Shown here piece after piece: positions 26,801 to 37,540 of a stretch of 64,000 nucleotides of DNA. Made by a program: the position numbers and the translations under genes. Numbering within the stretch: the stretch's first letter is position 1; each line of letters opens with the position of its first letter. The stretch is from Podarcis pityusensis. Its lineage: Eukaryota. The notes beneath the pieces were generated by a model, which ran no database searches, had not been told where the DNA came from, and saw nothing but the letters and a program-made list of their open reading frames with translations. The stretch lies in NCBI GenBank assembly GCA_964106645.2, contig OZ067039.1. One strand, given 5' to 3'.

Positions 26801-27744
26801 TTTCCTAAATATCAGCTGCTGTTTATGATGTATGTTAAATAACTGGATGGGCGACATGCCAAACCCACAAGGAGACAAGACAGATTGTTCATGAAGCATG
26901 ATACTGTCATGTCTGATAGGTATATACCCCAGCACTGGATGAACAGTGGAGCAGCTGAAGGGACTCAATGCAGTTGCAAGCAGACTTTTTCAGATGTCGG
27001 CTCCCCATATGTTGTTGATTTTCAAGTTATCATTCCTGGCCATTGGCCTTGCTGGCTGGGACTGTTGGAGTTGGAGTCCAACAGCATCTGGAATGCCACA
27101 GGTTTCTCACCCCTTGGTATTCAGTTCAGTAAATATTATCAATTATAGTAGATGTGCATGCATGGGACTCTCTGCATTTCATTTCACTTTATCGAGAAAG
27201 TATCGACTTTCTCCCTGACCGCCTAATGTCCTCCAGATGTTGTTCACACCAACTCCCATCATCCCTGACCACTGGCAGGCTGACTGAGGTTGAAGTCCAA
27301 AGACACCTGGAAGGTGCTATATTGGCTATGTCGGCTCTAAATAGCCTGATGTTCCTCCTTGTTCCTCCTTGGGGAGCCAAACTGTCTTCCCACCCTACCC
27401 CATCTCATAACAACATGACAGTGGATAGCCATAGAGAACTGTGGCTTCCCAGCATGTACTGAGTTTACACCCTTCTATCACTCCAGCTTGTTTTCTTCTG
27501 CCCAGAAATAATCTGGATATTGCTAATCTTATACACACACTAAGTTCCGTTGAACTTAGTTGGATTTGCTTTCAAGTAAATTGTACAGGATTGCACTATT
27601 TTCACTAAAACGGCCTTCTAATTAAGCCAACACTATCAGAACGTTACCTCTCATATTGCTAGAGACACAGGAAGAATGTGGAATAAGAACACTCAAGATA
27701 AATTTGTAATTCAAGGTTAGCTTTAGAGAGAGTAATTGAATGCA

Positions 27745-27931
27745 GAAAAGACAGTAAGAGCTGTTCAACAGTGGAACGGACTGTCCCAGAAGGTGGTGGA
27801 CTCTCCTTCTTTGGAGGTTTTTAAACAGAGGTTGGATGGCTATCTGCCAGGAACACTTCAGCTGTGATTCCTGTGTTGCAAGGGATTGGAATGGATGATC
27901 TTTGGGATCCCTTCCAACTCTACGATTCTAT
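27745..27931 (+). mobile_element. CR1 LINE 3' end fragment
   Basis: GTAAGAGCTGTTCAACAGTGGAAC...GGAGGTTTTTAAACAGAGGTTGGATGG...CCCTTCCAACTCTACGATTCTAT, a typical CR1 terminus. Confidence 0.88.
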
Positions 27932-29970
27932 ATAAAACCCGCAAATCAACTACGTGAGACAATTGTACACATGTGCCTTTCATTATGTGTGAGCCCACAG
28001 GGGAAAACCCTTGCAACTGCACACTATGCATGAACTGGGCATACATGCAAAGAAACACATGTCCTTCCAGTTGCCATACATGTTTTAGTGTTCCTGTGAG
28101 CTGTAACTAGCAAAGCATTCCATGGCAACAGCCTTTGTGATGAACTTCTTCCAAGCCTACTGCTTGCCATTCTAGGATCACGTAACATGACTTAATGGGG
28201 AGGATGGCTCATAATAGGAGCCATTCTTATCATGGGGAAAGCAAGATGTGACCTCATTCTCCAATGAATACTATTGGATTCAGTCAAGAACTGGAGTGTT
28301 CCATGGTTTTCCTTAAGCAGACACAATAACTGTGACCCTGCCAACCACAAAAAGAAAAGAAGTGGTGCCTTGTCACCATAATTCCCCCCAGAACAGCTCT
28401 GCCGTTAGTGCATACAAATAAGGTAGGGGCTTTCTGTCTCTTTTGACCAACTGGCTAATGCTCTAAACCGTTCAGTTTTCCTTGAAATTCAAGACGTGAG
28501 TCTTCCCACCCCATAACATCACACAACACTTCTAGTATGATAGGAAATGTGCTCTGCTTTCACAAGCTAGTTAGCGTTGCAGGACACAATATGGCACTGA
28601 AAAGCTGTTTATTTGGTCAGCTTCCAAGCCACGGCAGCTGCAGCTGGCGATTAGCTTTGTGTGGTGTCAGTTGCATTTTTATCCAGTGTGACTGCGCACT
28701 GTTTGTTTTCTTTTGAAGACATTTGTCCTTGTTGCTAGCACAGCTGCAGATGGGGGCTCTTTGGATCAGCATTCGCAGAATGCTTTCTGTGGAAGGTGGG
28801 GGAAGGGGGACATGACCCACCCACAGAAATAGACCATCTCCATGCTTTTTACTTGGAAAACAATTTCATAATAAGCTCCTTACCATCACAGTTTTAAGCA
28901 GTGTGTGTGTGTGTGTGTGTATAGGGAACCACGTGGCTGCCAATTTGCACTCATGTTTCTGGAAACTGGTTGGATGACAGGAACATATTATTTGGCAACA
29001 GGTTCTGGTCAAACTGATTATCCAGGTTTACTCACAGATGCATTCATGGAATACACAAGAATGCAATTTGTGCTTAAGTATCACAGCCAGTACAAGAAGG
29101 CTAAGGCTTCGGCCTTTCCAGCTTGTTTCTGCAGCTACGCTGTTCATAGCAGCTTGCTGCACAGGTGTTAAACAGGTGATTCATGGCATGGAGATACATG
29201 TCATCACCTGGTAATTGCTGCTGTTCAATGCATGGTTACAGAGGCCTGTTGAAAAGTTGGCAGCTGTATCGGAGTAGGAAAGGAGGCAATAAAATGCTGT
29301 CTTCAATTACACATTGGCAAAGATTCTGCACTCAATGTAATGGATCGAGGAGTGCAATTTGGCCCAGCATCTGATATCAGTTTCCAGTTGGCTGAATCTA
29401 ATGGCTCTAGGAAAGCCTCAGAGACAGTAACAGAATCAGAGCGTTCACTTTTACTACCTGTACAGAGAATATAGGCATCCCAAGGATGACCACTTTCCAC
29501 AAGAGACCAAGCTTTTGCCCCTTTAGGAACTTCAAAGCAGGGCAACACTTAGTGGATGCAACTTTCCCCATTGTTGCAACACAGGGATTAAAGAAGCTGA
29601 GCCTTTACCCTGCCCAAAAGCTCTTATACATTAAAAGAAACCCTTGTCTCTTATAGAATGCGAACATCCTACTCTGGGCATTCTCTTACTCCAACCTGAA
29701 TGCCATTTTAGCTAGGGTGTTTTCATGGGTTTGTTGTCCATTGGAACAAAGCTAACAGCAGGCATTCATAGCAGCAGCCCATATCTTCCTGTCTACAGCT
29801 CAAGGAAGCTTTGTGCAAATTATTATACACCAGCCTTCCCCAACCTGGTGCCCTCCAGATGCTTTATAATAGAACGCCCATCAGCTGCAGCAAGTGTGGC
29901 CAATAGTCAGGGATAGTGGAAATTGTAGTCCAAAACATTTGGAAGACACCCTGTTGGGAAACACTGTTGT

Positions 29971-30514
29971 TGTTGGCTTCCATCTGTCTTAAGAGACAAT
30001 GGAGTGTGCCTTTGGGAGTGAAATCAAGCAGCTGGAGAATCGTAGCATCTGCTGTGGCTGCAGAGACCAGTAACTCATAACTGTTGCCTCCTTCACTGTT
30101 TTTGCTGTTTTAGCAGCACCAAAGTGACCTCTCTGGGGCACAAGCCTGGACAGTGCATATGGAGGTCCTGGGCTGCCTAGATGACATGACCCCTGCTCTT
30201 GGCCTTGCTGATGTGGTCCAAAGGAAAGCAGAGAAAAACATCTGGCACCAGTTTGGCTGCAGGAGTTGCCAGAAGGAAGCATACAAGGCACCATCCAACT
30301 ATCTTAGAGACTCCACTCCAGATTTGTGTGAGGTTTACTCCTTAGCCTTTTCTCCTCCTGAAGATGTCCCACAGGGCAGCTGCTACAGATTCTTCCTCAG
30401 GGTTTACTCCTGAAGCCTTTCTCACAAATGAGTATAGCCGCAAGGCAGCGGAAGTTTAGGACCAGATTTTTTCTTCCCCTGGATGGGTTACCTTTCCAGG
30501 TTGACAAGTCCCAT
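29971..30514 (-). mobile_element. Bipartite non-autonomous RTE-derived element (5' UTR fused to 3' end)
   Basis: The minus strand starts ATGGGACTTGTCAACCTGGAAAGGTAACCCATCCAGGGGAAGAAAAAATCTG (RTE 5'-UTR-like) and ends CACTCCATTGTCTCTTAAGACAGATGGAAGCC(AAC)n. Possible TSD CTGTTGT at 29964-29970 and 30515-30521. Confidence 0.7.
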
Positions 30515-30789
30515 CTGTTGTACACTAGCCATAATTAGTAATGGAAAACCAGTATTTTCTACCCATAAAATGAGCATATGAAAGTTGTGTAGGGCATTGA
30601 AGGGTCTGTATTGTGGAAAGCATGGGGTGGAATCCAGTTTGTTTCATTGAACTCATGGAAGGTCTTTTAATTCTGTGGTTACCTCCACAAATGAAAGAGA
30701 AGTGGAGGCAATTTTTCCTAGTTTGCTCTTTCCTCTCTTCTCCCCCTTTATACTGTGTGGCCTATGTGTCTGGATATTAGTTTGCCTCT

Positions 30790-30945
30790 GAAATCTAGCT
30801 ATTAGGAATCACAAGTGGGTAGAGTGCTGTTTCTTAGATCCTGCTTTCAGGCTTCCCAAAGGCATCTGGTTGGCCACTGTGAAACAGGATGTTGGACTAG
30901 ATGGAGCACTGGCCTGATCCAGCAAAGATCTGTCTATGTTCTTAC
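30790..30945 (+). mobile_element. CR1-type 3' UTR remnant
   Basis: GGCATCTGGTTGGCCACTGTG...TGGCCTGATCCAGCA...TATGTTCTTA. Similar copies at about 44200-44352 (+) and 1175-1290 (-). Confidence 0.65.
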
Positions 30946-32281
30946 ATTCTGTTTTGGAGGGTCCTCCAATTCCTTGGAGCTGATTTTCTGGGGTGCCAGG
31001 GGCTTCAAGATGGAGAAGCTATCAGCAAATATTGCCTCTCCTCTTATTCTGATATTGGAGATATTCACTGGGTCAAGTTATGGAATTTCTTCAGAAGGTG
31101 CACCTTCATTACGTAGTTCTTGCGTATGATGAAAACACAGCTCTTGGCCCTGGCAGTTGACACTGCAGACATACCATTTTAAGACCCACCTAATAATAAT
31201 AATGTTGAATAATGTCTATGACTTCTTCAAACCACCATTGAGAAAGCTTGGCAGACAAGCCATGATTTCTTGCATTAAGAAAAATACAATTCTAACTCCT
31301 TAGTATCCAAACATAAAACACCCCACTTATTCTCCAAGCATAAAACATACGTATGGAGAAGGGGGCAGTGGAATCATGCTGCTGGCTTTGCCCTGATACC
31401 CTGCATGGCAGTGGCCATGCCCCCTTGATGCCCATGCATTGGCACTAGCATCTGCAGAAAGCCTAGCACAAAAGAGGTATGGTTTTGTTTTGGTTTTGGC
31501 AAAATGAGCTTCAGGGAAGACAAATTGCTGTTTGGGGTTGTTGAAGTGCTTAGCGGGGGCGTGGGAAGTCAGGAGAATAATGGTTTCAGGATATTAAAGA
31601 GGGGAGAGAGAGAGATGAGAATAGAAATTACAGTTGAGCATGCTGCTTATATACCACCAGCTTATAATTCTTCTGATATCAGCATCTGTCCAATTTAACA
31701 AGAGTTTTGCAAGGTCAGAATATAATCAAAGCTATTTAATGATAACTTCCTTAAAGGAAATTGTGATAATCTTTTTAATACTCATATCATAGTCTCTTCT
31801 GTCACCAGTATGTTGATAATCTCCCATGTGGAAAAGCCATTTAATAATAAGTCTTCATTTCTCTCTTTTTAAAAAAAAATTCAAAGAAAATTGGTGTAGG
31901 TGGCAGCAATCATAAACAAACACACTTACTAAAGAGTAAGCCACAGTGAGCACAGTAACCAAGCATGCATAAGAAATCACTGCACATATGTCTCATATGA
32001 TGGTCAATGAATCATGATTAATTTTACAGATTAATTAAATACTAAGAACGACATAACTGAAAAAATGGGATCAAATAATTCATCAAAAAGGGTGTTACAG
32101 AGAGACAGACCCGAGTGGGGTTTCCACCCTAGATATGAAACAGAGACTGAGATTTGTCTGTGCTACTGACAGAATGTAATCTAAGATAAAGTTTAATTGG
32201 GCCATAAATCTCTTGTTGGAAGGAAAAGAATTTGGGGTCTGTGATAAGAACACTGAAGATTCTGGGAGTTGGAAAGGAGTA

Positions 32282-32850
32282 TTAAATCTTCAGCACCTTT
32301 GAAAACTGCCCAGCTTTTCCTAGGCTGAGGGGGAAATTGTGAAGATCTGCAATGTCCACAGTAACTATGGCATGCGTCATGATTGCCAGAGCCACATTCT
32401 CTAGAAATGAGTGCATCAGTCTAAGCTGGGCAAAATAACTCCTGGTCACACCAGCTACCTGAGCATTCAAAAGTAAAGCTGGAGTACAACTATACTTACT
32501 GGCTAGGAGCACTTCTGACTCAAACCTCATCTTCGTTTGGCTCTAGGTGGGACCTCAGGCACTGAGTCAAAAACTTGCCTCCCTGGAATGCAGTGGACAA
32601 GAGAACTGGAACTTGGTGTCGTCTGAGCAGCAGTTTCATATAGATGTTAAAGGAGCATGGGTAGCAGAGTCGATGTGGTACATCATAGGTAAATGGGCAA
32701 AGTGTAAAACTGGAATCCCTTGGTGTTATCTTCTGAAACCTTCCAGGAAGGACCTGAACCACCATAAAATTGCACCTCCCATACCAATCAGGCAGTCCAT
32801 AAAAATGCTATGGGCAATGGAATGCAAGACTAGGAGGGTTGGGACATGTA
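32282..32850 (-). mobile_element. Old decayed L2 RT fragment
   Basis: Translation NAQVAGVTRSYFAQLRLMHSFLENVALAIMTHAIVT resembles the intact L2 segment EAQIAAITKAAFFHLRQAKQLAPYLSRPDLATVIHATVT. Confidence 0.7.
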
Positions 32851-35381
32851 GAACCAAGACTGTCTCTGTTCCATAAAAACGGTTCAAAATGAGCCCAGAA
32901 ACCTTATAAATCTGCCTCTGAGCTTCTTCCTTCTACCCAGCTTCAGAAATCAGCTTTTTTTGTTTGTTAATTTTCTAACCTGCACTAACCCGTATGCATC
33001 CTATGTTGGGGGGAGGGGAGCAGAACAGAGTGATCTGCAACACAACTGGTCAGTTAGTTAAGTATTTATATTTATTTACTTGACTGGGGGAGGCAGCTAT
33101 GCCCACGTTCTATGGCTGAACCTTTTACAGGAGGTTTCTGGAAATATTGCAAAATACTTATGGGAGATTAGAATAAAATTCATAAGGAACAGAAAGAAAG
33201 AAAAACAGTTAATGTATCTTAGCACACTTCCAGTAATATTTGTAGACTGGCGAACATCTATCACATTCAGCAGTTCCCTGTTTACAGTCCATTTTGCTCA
33301 TAAACTATATTAAGAAACACCTAGCTGTGGCTAATTTAGGGCTCAGTTTAGGTGCTTAGCGCAAGATATAAGCACATGCTTATCCAGGATTCAAGAAATA
33401 GCAGCTTAGGGAGATATTACTTTAGCTATGTGCAGTTGTTGCTCAGATCTGTTTGACAGTTCTCTCTATTCCACTACTCTAAGGACCTATTTGCAGTAAG
33501 AGACTGCAATCAAACCACTTACTTCAGAGCACTGCCATTAAATCCCATGGGTCTCTTGTGATCTGAATGATACCTAGAGCATAAATATATTGTGCACATC
33601 TGCCCAACTATCCAATTTAAAGACACACAAGAATGGGTCTCTTTGAAAAAAAATCATTGTTTCCACTTCCTTTGTTTGTACATCACTCTGCAGAATGTTT
33701 GTGAAGCCCTTTCGGTTTTCACATCCCTGCCCAAAATAAAATGTCTTCTCATGTCTATGCAGGTTCCTATTGACATGAATTGAACAAGGTCTTAACTGTT
33801 TGTTTGCTGCACTCTAAATTAAGCTGAAGCATACCACCAAAATATTTTTCACTTCAGTATATTCCAAATGCTCCAAGGAAAGATCAGTTACCAGTGAGGT
33901 TTCTTTCCCTGGGCATGAGGGAAGAATTTCAGCACAGTGTGTGTGAAATTAGAAAGGCGAGTCCTATTACTGTTAATGGAAAATTTACTCTGCAATGTTC
34001 TTTCATGGAAGGCTGCAATTTTGTTCTGTCCATTTGAATTTTCCTTTGCATAAATTCCTTGCTCTGGTGTTAAGCATTCCAAGTGCTTTGTTAACGCATC
34101 CTATGCTGGGCAACCAGAGTTGAATTGAATTTGCACTGACATATGTTAGCTATGTCACAGGGTTTTGTGTAGATTTTTTCCTGTCTTCCTATTACACAAT
34201 GCCTTCCTTATATTTTCAGGGAATGAAGTGATGTTTATTCAAGCAATTAGCATCCTTTCTAAAATGGGAACCTCCTCAAATTTGCATTTTTTAAAATTCA
34301 AGTTTATGTTATTTCTCTGTCAGCAGATTGCCAATGCACACCTGTATCCTGTTATATACTCTTCCCATTTCCATCCTCTGCTTTACAAGATAAATAGGTG
34401 CCCTAATATGGAATCCAGTCCAAATCTGCTATCTTTCAGTTTTGACCCTGTCCATTCATGTTACATGACAGTCCACCACCTATTTATGTGTCTTCTCGAA
34501 ATTACCCTGCATTGCCTGTCCTGTATCCAAATTCCTTATATTAACCAGCAGTCTACTGTATATGGAGATTAACTAGCACATTTAGCCTAGTTTCCAGTCC
34601 ATTTGGTTACCTTCTAACTAAATGTGATTGGTCAATGGATCAGTTAATTATTTCAGATTATGAATTTTAAGTAGAGATTTCCCATATAATAAAGTGACTG
34701 ACTGCAATTTCTGTAAGCATCCTTTGTGCATCTCTTGATTCTTGGAATGGGCTGAATGCGTTTTTTACCTATACACAATTAACCTATGCTAATTAGCAAA
34801 GATAAACATCCTCATTAAATATTCCCCCAAAATAATCTGCATTCAAATTTGCTAATTTGTAATTAGTTAATTGGTGAATCAGCTAAAAGCAGTTAAGAGC
34901 AAGATGATTAGTTGGCTTAATAGCACAATGTTATGCATGTTTACTCAAAAGCAAGTCCCAGTGAATTCAATGGAACTTATTCCCAAGTAAATGTGCATAA
35001 GTATTTTATGTATTTTGTTCATACTTTGGACACTGGTGGGAAAGAAGCAGCAGAAGACTATCCCTTACATTGGTGCTTTTGAAGCAATAACCTAGTATGG
35101 GGTCATTTATTTTCAATATCTTTAGCTTTTCCTAGCATAAGAAAGAAACCGCAAAGTATTTTGACAGTGCTGGTCTTCACTTTAAATGGCTAAAAGTTTA
35201 AGATAATATCACATCACTGGTCCTATGTTGTTTAGGCTTGTTAATGCTTCCATGTTATTTATGCAACATATGTTCTCTACATCTCTGTGTGTGTGTGTTT
35301 GTGAGTGTGTGTGTATTTCTGGAAACACTGAGATTGCTGGATGAAATAATGTTTTTAACCCTACCTGTTTTTAGACATTTT

Positions 35382-35520
35382 NNNNNNNNNNNNNNNNNNN
35401 NNNNNNNNNNNNNNNNNNNNNNNNNNNNNNNNNNNNNNNNNNNNNNNNNNNNNNNNNNNNNNNNNNNNNNNNNNNNNNNNNNNNNNNNNNNNNNNNNNNN
35501 NNNNNNNNNNNNNNNNNNNN
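35382..35520. other. Assembly gap
   Basis: Run of 139 N. Confidence 0.99.
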
Positions 35521-35774
35521 GGGCTCCTTTGGAAGTAGGACAGGATATAAACTCAGTAAACACAATATATGCATCCCCCAAGCCTCTGTGCTTTTATTTA
35601 TCCTTACAGTCATCACACAAGGCAGAGAAGTCTCTGTTAGGAGCCGGATGTGAAAGGCTTGGATTGAATGGTTTTGTTTAAGGCTCAACAGGAGCGTGCA
35701 GCATTCTAAGGAACTTAGCAGTTGTATGGCCATGCACAAAGCTAGCATTTATTTCATTGTCACCACTCACAAGC

Positions 35775-36145
35775 ACAGGAAGCGGCTTTATACTCAGTCA
35801 GGCCATTGGTCCATCTAGCTCAGCTCGGTCTACACTGATTGTCAGTGGCAGGCCCATGCAGAGGGAGGAGCAGCAGCTGGGTACACTTGCCCTGGAAGGG
35901 CAAAGCCGGCTAGGGGTCCCTGCCAGGGACTGGTTGCTTTGTTTTTTTGTTTTTGTTTCTTTGAGTTTGTAACTTTATTCCAATAAAACTCATGCCCCTG
36001 GCCTCAGACAAGCTCTGCGTGGGCCTGGTCAGTGGTCCAGGTTTTCAGATGGGAGCCTTTCCCAATCCTTCCTGGAGATGTCAGGATTGAACCTTGATAT
36101 TTTGAATGAGAAGCAGGTGCTCTGGCATCAAGCTATGAATCTACT
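35775..36145 (-). mobile_element. tRNA-derived squamate SINE (Squam2-like), interrupted by a MITE
   Basis: CAGGAAGCGGCTTTATACTCAGTCAGGCCATTGGTCCATCTAGCTCAG...GGAGATGTCAGGATTGAACC. Similar copies at about 6720-6880 and 42285-42445. Confidence 0.65.
35849..36027. mobile_element. hAT-type MITE nested in a SINE
   Basis: 15-bp TIRs CAGGCCCATGCAGAG / CTCTGCGTGGGCCTG. 8-bp TSD GTCAGTGG at 35841-35848 and 36028-36035. Confidence 0.9.
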
Positions 36146-37342
36146 CTTGTTCCAGCAAGTACTGCTCTCTAGCCCATTCACACAAATCCAAGAAACAACT
36201 GTATATTTGGGCAATAGTTTATGTCCATTGATAACGTTCCTTAATCTTGGCGAATCAATCAGGCTGTGTAGTTAATTTGGGTCTGCATACCACCCTCTGC
36301 CTTTCTGAAAGAGCAACATGTTAGGCTGCTAACCTAAATATTAAGTAATGATTAGACGTGTGAAAGCCAGTCAGAAAGTTTGTCATACATCTCATAGAAC
36401 ACTTAAGGAAATCAAGTGCAGTGTAGCTTGTATATACTAAGGGGAAATAAGGCTGGTGGATGGAAGATCATCAAAAGACACTAAGCAAGATCAAGACTTA
36501 ACTTTACTTAAATTTATTTCCCATGCATATTACAGGGACAAAATGCCAGCTGTCACAAAGGGATTCCCACTTGCTTTTTTTAGACAGGCTCAGCACATCT
36601 TTGCAGCCTCTAGTCACACAGGAGGCATGACAATTCTCTCCATTGGCACTTCAAAATGAAGACACTCAAAGTCTCAGAGCTGTGTTTCCCATGTTTTCCT
36701 GCTTTATATCTCATACCTAGTCCATCCATTTAGTCTGGACCAATATAGAAAACGGAAGCAGATTTCGTATCCTGCTAGGCTGCTAACCCAGTGGTTGCAG
36801 ATAGACACACCATTACTCAAAGAACGGACTGGGGGAGCCAAACATGGCAGCAGGAAAATATAGAGCCAAGGCGGGGGGGGGGGGGCACATGCCAGGCTAC
36901 ACAACTTAGGATTTCACTTTTCCTTCTTTTTCCTTCATAAGAAATCTGACTGCCTCTCCCCTCAGAGGACTCAGGATCAAATTGAATGTGGTATCATTGG
37001 CTCAATTAGCAACTGTGTAATTGGCTTTTTAAAAGTAAATTACAGGTGCCAGGGCCCCAGTCTGGATCAGGCAGCTGGAATGGGAGGGGGTCTTAACTGT
37101 TTGCTGCTCCTGTGTTTCCAATCTGGATCCTATTTGCATGACAAAGGGGGGTTCTATTTGCTGCAAAGGTTTTTTTTGTTTTGTTGTTTGTTTGTTTTAA
37201 AATGCAAGGTAGAGGGCAGTTCTGACAACAGAGAGCAAACTTTCTTATTTTTAAAAATCCACTGTCTTACGTTCACATAAACACCTGGGTCTCAGTCTGG
37301 ATTGGTAGGTGGGGGCAGTGGTAGAGGTTTTCAGCTTCCTTT

Positions 37343-37384
<42 letters not shown>

Positions 37385-37540
37385 TTTATTTATATCCCGC
37401 CCTCCCCAGCCGAAGCCGGGCTCAGGGCGGCTAACAACACTAAAATAGTGCAACATTATAAAAACATCAAAAAATTAATTAAAATCAAAATTGATGGCAA
37501 CCATAAACTAAAGTATTGTAAAGATTGCCAAAGGAGGGAG

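Noticed and set aside
35238-35748. ORFs containing X runs
   Set aside because: They span the assembly gap.
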